Part shown: positions 1-8,938 of the stretch, in pieces
Layout: each line of letters starts with the position of its first letter
Numbering within the stretch: position 1 is the first letter of the stretch
DNA from: Bacteroidota bacterium
GTDB lineage: Bacteria; Bacteroidota; Bacteroidia; Bacteroidales; VadinHA17
DNA length: 64,000 bases
Reading direction: 5' to 3'
NCBI GenBank assembly: GCA_029547705.1
Contig: JAKPOU010000001.1
Span: 71,437 to 135,436 of the forward strand
Notes under the pieces: generated by a model
Databases searched by the model: none
Seen by the model: only the letters and a program-made list of their open reading frames with translations
Told to the model about the DNA's origin: nothing
Made by a program: the position numbers and the translations under genes

Positions 1-2
1 AT

Positions 3-461
3 TCAGTTATTATTTATGATGTATCGGAAATACCTGATTTTACCGATCTGAAAATGGAAGCCGACGTACCCTGGGTTATGTTTTTCAACAAGGAAAAAGG
101 TGTCGGATTTGCAGGCATTCAGCTCAGCTATTCAAATACCGGAGTTGAATCACCGGTAAGAGTGCTCAATCCCTTTTTCTATATCACTGCAGGTCCGTGG
201 GTATACTGGGCAAGAGGCCTGTCACACACCTTCCTGTCATCCAATATGCAGCAGGTTATCCCGGCGCTGAAAGGAAATGTATTCAGTGAAAGATGGGCTT
301 ACCTGGTTTTTGAAACCGACAAGAGCCCTGATCCTTTTACTCCGGTCACCGAATGGCGGAAAAGGCTGATCAACCCTCTCAGGATTGATCTCGTGGAAGA
401 GGTCGATGACAGGGTAACCAGAATTATGACAGAAGCACTGGATGACGCAAAAAGTGAATGA
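3..461 (+). CDS. C-terminal part of a hypothetical protein (5' end outside window)
   Basis: The frame of ORF 54..461 stays open back to base 3 (SVIIYDVSEIPDFTDLKM...). No family recognised. Confidence 0.6.
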   Translation, partial: SVIIYDVSEIPDFTDLKMEADVPWVMFFNKEKGVGFAGIQLSYSNTGVESPVRVLNPFFYITAGPWVYWARGLSHTFLSSNMQQVIPALKGNVFSERWAYLVFETDKSPDPFTPVTEWRKRLINPLRIDLVEEVDDRVTRIMTEALDDAKSE

Positions 462-474
462 TATAAGTTTTGAA

Positions 475-1131
475 ATGAAATCCGTACATGAAATAATTGC
501 CGGTTCCGGAGAGGAATACATTTCCGGAGGTCTGAATGAAAAAGATATTCCTGCCGATCCTCTTGAACTTTTTGAGAAATGGCTGGAAGAAGCAGTGGAA
601 AGGAATCCTGAACTGCCCAATGCAATGCATCTTTCAACAGCGGGAGCAGACGGCAGGCCATCGGGAAGGATAGTATTGCTCAAGGCTTTTGATAAAAGAG
701 GATTTGTCTTTTACACCAATCTTGACAGCAGAAAGGGAAGGGAGCTGAAGGAAAACAACCATGCAGCACTTACATTTTTCTGGGATGAGTTATTCCGTCA
801 GGTGCGACTGGAAGGCAGGGTTTTTGAAGTTCCTCCCGAAGAATCGGATTCATATTTTGCAAGCCGGCCGCGTGAAAGTAAAATCAGTGCACTGGCTTCG
901 GAGCAGAGCAGGGTTCTGAAAAACCGGAAGGATCTTGAAGACAGGGTAAAGGAGCTGGAAAACAGCCTGAAGGGTAAGGATGTTCAAAGACCTGCCAACT
1001 GGGGCGGCTATTACCTGTCTCCTTCATACATGGAATTCTGGCAGGGAAGGGCTCACCGCCTGCATGACAGGATTGTCTACAGGAGAAAAGACAATAGTGA
1101 CAGATGGGATATCATGAGATTATATCCCTAG
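475..1131 (+). CDS. pdxH: Pyridoxamine 5'-phosphate oxidase
   Basis: Motifs P.ELFEKW, GRPSGRIVLLK, FVFYTN..SRKG, RQVRLEG, EFWQGRAHRLHDR. ATG 475 preferred over track start 442, which overlaps the upstream gene. Confidence 0.95.
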   Translation: MKSVHEIIAGSGEEYISGGLNEKDIPADPLELFEKWLEEAVERNPELPNAMHLSTAGADGRPSGRIVLLKAFDKRGFVFYTNLDSRKGRELKENNHAALTFFWDELFRQVRLEGRVFEVPPEESDSYFASRPRESKISALASEQSRVLKNRKDLEDRVKELENSLKGKDVQRPANWGGYYLSPSYMEFWQGRAHRLHDRIVYRRKDNSDRWDIMRLYP

Positions 1132-1258
1132 AAAAGTTTCAAAAGGTAGTATCATGCATCCTCAGACAGGGCTGAACCCTTGTCTGTCCGGAGCCCGGCA
1201 GCATCTGCCTTCATAAGCAATATGCCTGAATGCTTCGTCAAATCAATTTGTACCTGTC

Positions 1259-1450
1259 TTATTCCGAATATTGTATCACCTCAACAGGACAGCTTTCCGC
1301 TGCTTCCTTTATTTCATCGGTGTAATCGGAATAATTCACACCTTCAATAACCGTTGCTTCGTCTTCCACTTTAAATACTTCAGGACAAATATCTTCGCAT
1401 ACACCGCATGCGGTGCAGCCTTCTTCTATCCATACCTTTGTAACAGCCAT
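1259..1450 (-). CDS. Single-cluster ferredoxin
   Basis: 63 aa acidic protein with CTACGVC...CP and a distal CPVEVI. Confidence 0.9.
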   Translation of the reverse strand: MAVTKVWIEEGCTACGVCEDICPEVFKVEDEATVIEGVNYSDYTDEIKEAAESCPVEVIQYSE

Positions 1451-1516
1451 AGCCTAATATATTAATTATTGAACGGGGCTTTCAATAATCCGCCTGTCGC
1501 CGGCAGGAAAGCCCAT

Positions 1517-2188
1517 TTAATCTGCTTCCTTTATAATCTGACTGTCATCAACACCGAGATCCGACAGTATTTTTTCAACAGCCTCCATCATGGAAGGAGG
1601 TCCGCAAAGATAAATATCCTTTGTGAGATCTGCCATCTGTTTACTGAGAAAATCCCTGGATAAATATCCATGTGCATATCCCTGTGCTGTTTCGTCCGAA
1701 AGAATGTTCACAAAATTTTTCCCCAGAAGATGCTCAAATTCATACTTCAGAATAATATCATCCCTGGTCTTGTTTGCATAGATAAGCTTGTTGTTCCCGA
1801 TGGCATTTTTCGATTTCAGATATCTAAGAATGGATATAAACGGGGTTATACCGGCACCTCCGGCAATGAAATATCCCTCGTTCCTGTATTCAATTGCCCC
1901 GAAAACATCGTATAAAATCAGGCTGTCATTTTTTCTCAGGCTGAGAAGTTCGTTTGTCACACCCCTGTCTGCGGGATAGGTTTTAATTGTAAACTGAAGA
2001 AAATCGTCGTCCGGAAGGCTTGTAAAGGTAAAGGGCCTCTTTTCATCCTTCCATCCTTCCCTGTTTATCGAAATGTCAACGGCCTGCCCCGGCGTGAAAA
2101 CCAGATCCTCAGGCTTTTCGGTAAAAATCTGAAGCACATCACGGGTAATGAGTCCTGTTGATATGATTCTTACATTATGTGTTTTCAT
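1517..2188 (-). CDS. FAD/NAD(P)-binding oxidoreductase, ferredoxin-NADP+ reductase family
   Basis: FTPGQ, RPFTFTS, IAGGAGITPF, YLCGPP motifs. Confidence 0.9.
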   Translation of the reverse strand: MKTHNVRIISTGLITRDVLQIFTEKPEDLVFTPGQAVDISINREGWKDEKRPFTFTSLPDDDFLQFTIKTYPADRGVTNELLSLRKNDSLILYDVFGAIEYRNEGYFIAGGAGITPFISILRYLKSKNAIGNNKLIYANKTRDDIILKYEFEHLLGKNFVNILSDETAQGYAHGYLSRDFLSKQMADLTKDIYLCGPPSMMEAVEKILSDLGVDDSQIIKEAD

Positions 2189-2328
2189 TTTTTATTTTTT
2201 TATAAAACCAATTAACCGGAATGCATAAAATAAACTCTGCCATTTAAACAAATTTCTTCAGGAAAAGTTTCCTGAGGAGCAAGTGGGGTAGATGTTAAAA
2301 ACGAATGCTGGAACAGGGCGGAAACAAA

Positions 2329-2343
2329 TTAGAATCATTCTAA
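2329..2343. promoter_or_regulatory. Perfect 7-1-7 palindrome, PerR/Fur-box-like
   Basis: TTAGAAT-C-ATTCTAA fits the Per box consensus TTANAATNATTNTAA. Confidence 0.55.
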
Positions 2344-2410
2344 AATGCTCTGGATATTTGCTTTATCAGTAAAGGAATTATATATTGTAGGATCAGAATA
2401 AAAAGACTTA

Positions 2411-2470
2411 ATGAAATCAATAGCACAGAAAGAGCTGTACAAATTTTTGGCAATTATTACTATTTGTTAG
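2411..2470 (+). CDS. Putative 19-aa small peptide MKSIAQKELYKFLAIITIC
   Basis: ATG to TAG with AT-rich upstream sequence, followed directly by a terminator-like hairpin. Confidence 0.3.
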   Translation: MKSIAQKELYKFLAIITIC

Positions 2471-2491
2471 CCGGATTATAAAGAACACCTG

Positions 2492-2518
2492 AAGGGGGGC
2501 TTTATAGTCCCCCTTTTT
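2492..2518 (+). terminator. Intrinsic terminator-like hairpin
   Basis: AAGGGGGGC-tttata-GTCCCCCTT followed by a T run. Confidence 0.6.
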
Positions 2519-2609
2519 GGTGAAGATAAAATACAGTTTACTATTATCAGATACAATGACTACAGGCGGAAAGGGAGATAATTACGAAAAAGAAACACTG
2601 CAGCACAAA

Positions 2610-2855
2610 ATGACAATCAGGGAAGACGCAAAGCAGGTACTGATAAAACAGTTGAATTATATCAACAAGCAATTTCAGAACGAAACAAACAACAACAGGA
2701 GATTCAATATTCACAGTTATGCCAGGCATAAATCCAAAGCAAATCCCAATTTCTTCAGATGGTTGTTTGATGATTATGAGAACATCGGTCTTTACGGGAC
2801 AAATCTGACCAGCGAACAGAAGGAAGTATACAAGATATGGTTACACAATCTGTAA
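2610..2855 (+). CDS. Hypothetical protein (about 81 aa)
   Basis: Part of track ORF 2517..2855. ATG 2610 (MTIREDAKQ) is the likelier start. AT-rich, contains PNFFRWLFDD. Confidence 0.55.
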   Translation: MTIREDAKQVLIKQLNYINKQFQNETNNNRRFNIHSYARHKSKANPNFFRWLFDDYENIGLYGTNLTSEQKEVYKIWLHNL

Positions 2856-3150
2856 TCCATGACCTGCAATGTTTGCACTTCCGGTACCCCATGCAGCCGC
2901 CGGGTAAAGAAGAGGCAGGAATAACCGCAGTTTCCGGATTTGCTGTCCGGCTGCTGTTTAAAACATTTATCTTACTGACAGACAAACATCTATAGTCCGT
3001 TCATTCCATCTCCTGAACATAGCCTTTATTTCCTGTTTTTTCCCGATAATTGTAATAATCATATTGTAAAAGATTGGTAATAAGGAATACCTTGTTACCT
3101 TTAGGCGCTTGATTTATACTACGTATCCTAAAACTCATTCATTGACCCTC

Positions 3151-5415
3151 ATGAAAACAAAAAAACTCTGGATAGTTTATGTTCTTGTAACTGTAATCAG
3201 TTTTGCAGTTCTGATAATTTTCGGACGGGAGATCTACAGGGAGAAACCGCCTGTTCCCGAAAAGGTGATTACGGAAAGTGGTATTTTGCTTTTTACCTCC
3301 CAGGAGATCAAAGACGGTCAGAATATCTGGCAGTCCATCGGAGGGCAGCAACTCGGATCGATCTGGGGGCATGGCGCCTATATTGCCCCGGACTGGTCGG
3401 CTGACTGGCTTCACAAGGAAGCTGTTTTCCTGCTTGACAAATGGTCGCGGGAAAATTTCGGAATCCTGTTCGATAAACTTGACCCGGAACGGCAGGCCAT
3501 GCTGGAAGTGAGACTGCAGAATGCCTTACGTGCCAACACATATGACAGTAAAACGGGAATTCTTACAATATCCGACGAAAGGGCCGATGCCATCAGAAGC
3601 ATCAGCAGGCATTACCAGGGACTGTTTATGGACGATCCGTCACTGAATGAGGAGAGGGCTGCCTATGCAATCCCAGCCAATACAATTAAGGATTCCGGCC
3701 GGATGGACAGGATGAATGCCTTTTTCTTCTGGACTGCCTGGGCCTGTATTACGGAAAGGCCGGATTCCGAACTGACCTATACAAGCAACTGGCCCCCCGA
3801 CAGGATTGTGGGGAATACTGCATCGGCAGGACTGGTACTGTGGACCGGATTCAGCGTGATAATGCTGCTTGTGGGTATCGGACTGCTGGCTTATTACAAT
3901 GCAAGAAACAAATCCGACATTCTTGATCCTTCACTTTTGCCGCAGAATGATCCGCTCGGCGGATTAAACCCCACTCCGTCAATGAAGGCAACCCTGAAAT
4001 ATTACTGGGTTGTTCTGGGTCTTATCCTAATGCAGATCCTGTTCGGAGTGGTAGCCGCACATTACGGGGTGGAAGGCAAGGGGTTCTACGGACTAAGCCT
4101 GGATAATATCCTGCCATATTCCGTATCACGTACCTGGCATGTTCAGCTGGCCCTGTTCTGGATTGCAACTTCGTGGCTTGCCGCCGGCCTCTATATAGCT
4201 CCGGCCGTATCGGGCCATGAACCAAAATATCAGAAACTGGGAGTGAACCTGCTTTTTTCGGCCCTCCTGGTCATAGTTGTCGGTTCACTTATCGGTGAAT
4301 GGATGGGGGTTATGCAGAAACTCGGACTCGTTCATAATTTCTGGTTCGGACATCAGGGCTATGAATATGTGGACCTGGGAAGATTCTGGCAGATATTCCT
4401 GTTTATCGGCTTTTTCATCTGGCTTTTCCTGATGTTCCGTGCACTGCTGCCTGCCCTTGTAAAACCATCGGAAAACCGGCAGCTTCTGATAATGTTTATT
4501 ATAGCCTCAGTTGCAATTGCCGGGTTCTACGGCGCAGGACTTGTATGGGGAAGGCAGACTCACCTGTCTGTTGCGGAATACTGGAGATGGTGGGTGGTTC
4601 ATCTCTGGGTGGAAGGATTCTTTGAGGTTTTTGCCACCGTTATAGCTGCTTTCCTGTTTGTAAGAATGGGTCTGCTGAATATCAGATTTGCCACCACCGG
4701 AGTTATTTTTGCAGCCATCGTATATATGGCTGGCGGTGTTATCGGCACTTTCCACCATCTCTATTTTGCAGGAACACCCACTGCCATTATTGCACTTGGC
4801 GCATCCTTCAGTGCTCTTGAAGTTGTTCCGCTTGTGTTCATGGGTTTTGAAGCCTACAATAACCTGCAGCTGAGCAGGGCAACACCCTGGGTCAGATCCT
4901 ACAGGTGGCCCATTTATTTCATTATATCAGTCAGCTTCTGGAATCTTGTCGGGGCCGGACTGTTCGGCTTCCTCATCAATCCTCCGATAGCCCTGTATTA
5001 TATGCAGGGACTGAATACAACACCGGTTCACGGGCATGCCGCCCTGTTTGGTGTTTTTGGCATGCTGGGAATAGGATTAATGCTATTTGTCCTCAAGGGA
5101 CTGACTGTTAAATATGTATGGAAAACCGGATTTCTGAAATTCGCCTTCTGGGCTTTGAATGTAGGATTGATGCTCATGCTTCTGCTGAGTCTTCTTCCGG
5201 TAGGATTCCTGCAAACAATTGCAAGCATAAAGCATGGGATGTGGTATGCCCGTTCGGCAGAATTCATGCAGGATTCCACAATGCAGACACTGCGCTGGCT
5301 GAGGATTGTGGGTGATGTCGTTTTTGCCGCCGGATCACTGGCCCTGGCTGTTTTTGTAATAGGTCTGAAAACCGGCTGGTCAATAGACAGGAGCCATAAG
5401 CTATATGAGGATTAA
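3151..5415 (+). CDS. norB: Quinol-dependent nitric oxide reductase (qNOR)
   Basis: About 755 aa polytopic protein with GSIWGHGAY.APDW, RWWVVHLWVEGFFE, GTFHHLYF and TTPVHGH motifs. Confidence 0.95.
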   Translation: MKTKKLWIVYVLVTVISFAVLIIFGREIYREKPPVPEKVITESGILLFTSQEIKDGQNIWQSIGGQQLGSIWGHGAYIAPDWSADWLHKEAVFLLDKWSRENFGILFDKLDPERQAMLEVRLQNALRANTYDSKTGILTISDERADAIRSISRHYQGLFMDDPSLNEERAAYAIPANTIKDSGRMDRMNAFFFWTAWACITERPDSELTYTSNWPPDRIVGNTASAGLVLWTGFSVIMLLVGIGLLAYYNARNKSDILDPSLLPQNDPLGGLNPTPSMKATLKYYWVVLGLILMQILFGVVAAHYGVEGKGFYGLSLDNILPYSVSRTWHVQLALFWIATSWLAAGLYIAPAVSGHEPKYQKLGVNLLFSALLVIVVGSLIGEWMGVMQKLGLVHNFWFGHQGYEYVDLGRFWQIFLFIGFFIWLFLMFRALLPALVKPSENRQLLIMFIIASVAIAGFYGAGLVWGRQTHLSVAEYWRWWVVHLWVEGFFEVFATVIAAFLFVRMGLLNIRFATTGVIFAAIVYMAGGVIGTFHHLYFAGTPTAIIALGASFSALEVVPLVFMGFEAYNNLQLSRATPWVRSYRWPIYFIISVSFWNLVGAGLFGFLINPPIALYYMQGLNTTPVHGHAALFGVFGMLGIGLMLFVLKGLTVKYVWKTGFLKFAFWALNVGLMLMLLLSLLPVGFLQTIASIKHGMWYARSAEFMQDSTMQTLRWLRIVGDVVFAAGSLALAVFVIGLKTGWSIDRSHKLYED

Positions 5416-5768
5416 CCATCCTTCTGAGTAAGGAACTCCTTTAAGGCAACGGCATTATTATACCTTTCCTCCCTGGAGGAATACAAAAGTGTAATGGTGC
5501 CCTGCCGGGCTTCCAGCTGCCTGAGCTTTTCAAGCTGGCCGGACCTGCCGGCCAGTTCCTTTTTATAGCGCCTTCTGAATTCCTCCCATTTTGAAGGATC
5601 GTGACCGAACCACTTTCGCAGCTCATTACTGGGTGACACATCCTTCATCCATTCATCCCATGTTGCCTTCTCCCTGGACAGCCCCCTGGGCCACAGCCTG
5701 TCGATGAAAATCCTGTAACCTTCACCCGGTTCCTCCGGATCATAAACCCTTCTGAGTAAAATCATCAC
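5412..5768 (-). CDS. DUF488/YeaO family protein
   Basis: RVY...GYRIFIDRLWPRG, SPSNELRKWFGHDP, HNNA-like YNNAVAL. Confidence 0.9.
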   Translation of the reverse strand: MMILLRRVYDPEEPGEGYRIFIDRLWPRGLSREKATWDEWMKDVSPSNELRKWFGHDPSKWEEFRRRYKKELAGRSGQLEKLRQLEARQGTITLLYSSREERYNNAVALKEFLTQKDG

Positions 5769-5934
5769 ATTTATTTTTTAATGCCATAATGCAAAACAAT
5801 CACAGCAATAATTTGTTTAACGAGTGACTCAAAACAATGATCCGTGACATACTGAAAGGATGTCCTCCCGAAAACTAACCTGCCGGATGAATCACCATAC
5901 GGTTTTTGAATAATTTTCTTTTTCCTGATTTGAT

Positions 5935-7182
5935 ATGAAAAAAATAATTGTCATCGGAGGCGGATTTGCAGGTCTGCAGTTTATAAAAAACCTGAAGAAG
6001 GGATTGTATGACATCATGCTGTTCGACCGCCTGAACCATCACCAGTTTCAACCACTGTTCTACCAGGTTGCCACATCGCAGATTGAACCCACAAGCATCA
6101 CTTTTCCGCTGAGGAAAATATTCCAGAAAAGAAAGGATGTCAGCATCCGCTACGCGGAAGTACTATCCGTCAACCCCGGAAAAAATTCCATTACGACCAC
6201 TGCAGGTGACTTCAGTTATGATTTTCTGGTAATTGCCAGCGGCGGAAAAACAAATTTCTACGGAAATGAGCAGATAAGGAAGAATGCACTAAGTCTTAAA
6301 TCGACTTATGAGGCAATGAAGATACGCAATGTCATTCTGGAGAACTTTGAGAAAATCATCAATGCCGGTGAGGAATACCAGGACGGCCTCTTCAATATCG
6401 TTGTTGTGGGAGGCGGACCTACGGGCGTTGAACTGTCCGGGGCGTTTGCCGAAATAAAGAGAGACATTCTCCCGAAGGATTTTCCCGGAATTGATTTTTC
6501 AAGACTGAATATTTTCCTTCTGGAAGGAGGAAAGCATACCCTGAACAGCATGAGTGACATGGCGAAAAGAGTATCGGAGAAATATCTGAATAAGCTGGGA
6601 GTGATAATCAAAAAGGAAGTTTTTGTACTGGATTATGACGGTGAAACACTGAAATTAAGCAACGGGGAAGTTATCAGAAGCAAAAATGTAATATGGGCTG
6701 CCGGAATAACCGGTAATATAATAGAGGGTCTGGCTCCTGAGACAATAACCCTTACAAACCGTATAAGGGTTGACAGAATGAACAGGGCTGAAGGATATGA
6801 AAATATTTATGCCCTCGGCGATATTGCCTATATGGAAACACCAAAATATCCCAGGGGCCATCCCCAGGTTGCCAATGTTGCAATCAACCAGGGAAGGAAT
6901 CTTGCAAGTAACTTTAAGGCGATGGCATCCGGCAGGAAGCAGACCGAATATGAGTACAGGGATCTTGGATCAATGGCTACAGTGGGAAGGAACAAAGCCA
7001 TCGTGGACCTGCCCTTTATCAGGTTCCACGGATATTTTGCATGGTACTTCTGGATGTTCCTTCATCTGATGCTTATCCTGAGTGTCAGGAACAAGCTGAT
7101 CATATTCATCAACTGGGCATGGAACTACGTCACGAAAAACAGTTCCCTGCGGCTCATCCTGCAGACCGACGGTCAGAAATAA
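5935..7182 (+). CDS. ndh: Type II NADH dehydrogenase
   Basis: GGGFAG and GGGPTGVE Rossmann motifs, FQPLFYQVAT, IYALGD, GSMATVGR. Confidence 0.9.
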   Translation: MKKIIVIGGGFAGLQFIKNLKKGLYDIMLFDRLNHHQFQPLFYQVATSQIEPTSITFPLRKIFQKRKDVSIRYAEVLSVNPGKNSITTTAGDFSYDFLVIASGGKTNFYGNEQIRKNALSLKSTYEAMKIRNVILENFEKIINAGEEYQDGLFNIVVVGGGPTGVELSGAFAEIKRDILPKDFPGIDFSRLNIFLLEGGKHTLNSMSDMAKRVSEKYLNKLGVIIKKEVFVLDYDGETLKLSNGEVIRSKNVIWAAGITGNIIEGLAPETITLTNRIRVDRMNRAEGYENIYALGDIAYMETPKYPRGHPQVANVAINQGRNLASNFKAMASGRKQTEYEYRDLGSMATVGRNKAIVDLPFIRFHGYFAWYFWMFLHLMLILSVRNKLIIFINWAWNYVTKNSSLRLILQTDGQK

Positions 7183-7184
7183 GC

Positions 7185-7610
7185 TCAGGGCTCCAGAATC
7201 CTGATTTCTGAAGTCAGTTCCATGGCTTTTCTGTACACCGCGCTTACACCACAATATTTTTCCGTTGACAGATCTATTGCTTTCTGAAGTTTATCCACCG
7301 GAAGATCTTTACCTGTAAATTCATAAATGACATGCATTTTGCTGAAGTGTTTCGGATGTTCTTCAGTCAGGTCACCTTCCACAATAACATTCAGTGAATC
7401 AAAATCAACACGCATTTTTTTCAGGATCGCCACCACATCCATGGCGGTGCAGCCACCCAGGGCAGTAAGCATCAGCGGTTTGGGTCTCGGACCCTGGTTT
7501 CCCCCGCCTGCTTCAGATCCTGTATCAATAATCAGTTTGTGACCATTGATTTCCGTTTCAAAAGCCATGTTCCCGAGCCACCGGATGGAAGTGGATTCTT
7601 TTTTTGCCAT
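7185..7610 (-). CDS. OsmC/YhfA family protein
   Basis: GPRPKPLML.ALGGCTAMDV and S.EKYCGVS. Confidence 0.9.
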   Translation of the reverse strand: MAKKESTSIRWLGNMAFETEINGHKLIIDTGSEAGGGNQGPRPKPLMLTALGGCTAMDVVAILKKMRVDFDSLNVIVEGDLTEEHPKHFSKMHVIYEFTGKDLPVDKLQKAIDLSTEKYCGVSAVYRKAMELTSEIRILEP

Positions 7611-7626
7611 TTAACCAGCTCAGTAA

Positions 7627-7914
7627 TTAAATTTTTTCTGTTTCAACAACCTTTGCCAGGACATCCGCATAGGGCAGAATAAGATATTCCTTTCCCTCAA
7701 ATTCTATTTCCGTTCCTGCAAAAGGTTTATACAATACAACATCACCGGGTTTTATCTCGGCATTCTCAATCACTCCCATCCAGACAACGGGAGCCGATTT
7801 TGGTTTTTCCTTCGCCGTGTCGGGAATTATAATTCCGGATGAGGTTCTCTGTTCATCTTTTGATGCGGTAACGTCAAGCACAACAAGCTGATTAATTGGC
7901 TGTAATTCTTTCAT
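7627..7914 (-). CDS. groES: GroES co-chaperonin (no adjacent groEL)
   Basis: Mobile loop RTSSGIIIPDTAKEKP, GD.VLY.PFAGTEIEFEGKEYLI. Confidence 0.85.
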   Translation of the reverse strand: MKELQPINQLVVLDVTASKDEQRTSSGIIIPDTAKEKPKSAPVVWMGVIENAEIKPGDVVLYKPFAGTEIEFEGKEYLILPYADVLAKVVETEKI

Positions 7915-7937
7915 GTTTAAATATTTTAAAGTTAAAC

Positions 7938-8525
7938 CTATTGTATTTCAAGAAGTTTCTTAAGACGAGGCTGATCGAAACCTACAACGATCTGTCCGTT
8001 GATATCAGTCTGCGGAACGCCCTGCTGCCCCGACCTGCGGACAAGATCCGCGGCTGCTTTCTGATCGAGGGAGATATCAATATCCCTGAATTTTATATTG
8101 TTCTTCCTGAGCCATTCCTTCAGGGTATTGCACCATGAACAGGAAGGAGTGGAATAAACTGTCACATTTTTTACTGATTTCCCGTCCGGAGCCTGTTCTG
8201 AACGGAACAGCCTGTTCCGGGTCAGTGCAGTATAATATTCACTGTCCTGGCAGCCCTTGATCACATTTACCAGCCTGCCGTCAGAAAAGACAAGCAGCGA
8301 AGGCACACTGTCAATACCATAAACCTGATGTATATCCTTTGCAACATTTACATCAGCTGAAAATATCCTGGGGTTTCCGCTTCCGGACAGGGCAGTTTCC
8401 ATATTCCTCAGCGCACAGGCACTCTGTACACTTCCCTCCCTGTACAACAACAGGAAGGATTGTCCGCTGTCCGGCATTTTTGAACTGAATTCAGAATATG
8501 ATGATACATTTTCCATCTCAGGCAA
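7938..8525 (-). CDS. Thioredoxin-fold plus glutaredoxin (NrdH/YruB-like) fusion
   Basis: N-domain has the SVPSL cis-Pro loop but no CxxC. C-domain has VYSTPSCSWC...GQQGVPQ. Confidence 0.8.
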   Translation of the reverse strand: MPEMENVSSYSEFSSKMPDSGQSFLLLYREGSVQSACALRNMETALSGSGNPRIFSADVNVAKDIHQVYGIDSVPSLLVFSDGRLVNVIKGCQDSEYYTALTRNRLFRSEQAPDGKSVKNVTVYSTPSCSWCNTLKEWLRKNNIKFRDIDISLDQKAAADLVRRSGQQGVPQTDINGQIVVGFDQPRLKKLLEIQ

Positions 8526-8937
8526 CTTTTTGAATCTCCCTGATAAGGAAATCCTTTGTTTTCATTCCGATAAAACGTTTTACCTCCTGCCCGTTCCTGA
8601 ACAATATCATTGTGGGAATATTCCTGATATTGAATTTTTGTGCCAGAGCCTGGTATTGCTCCACATTCAGCTTCCCCACAAAGGCATTGCCGTTCAGTTC
8701 TTCTGCAAGCTCGTTAAGGACAGGTGCCATCATCCTGCACGGGACACACCACTCTGCCCAGAAATCAACAAGAACAACCCGGTTTTTTGTCTGATGATCG
8801 AAATTCCTGTCGCTGAGGACGATTATATTTTCATGATCCTCTACAACCGGGGTATTCTTTATTTTTGATTTTGCAAAAATATACAACAATACAATTACAA
8901 AAACCAATAGCCCTATAATGATTAATGCTGTTTTCAT
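8518..8937 (-). CDS. Thioredoxin with N-terminal membrane anchor
   Basis: Hydrophobic N-terminus, DFWAEWCVPC, IRNIPT. Confidence 0.9.
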   Translation of the reverse strand: MKTALIIIGLLVFVIVLLYIFAKSKIKNTPVVEDHENIIVLSDRNFDHQTKNRVVLVDFWAEWCVPCRMMAPVLNELAEELNGNAFVGKLNVEQYQALAQKFNIRNIPTMILFRNGQEVKRFIGMKTKDFLIREIQKVA

Positions 8938-8938
8938 A

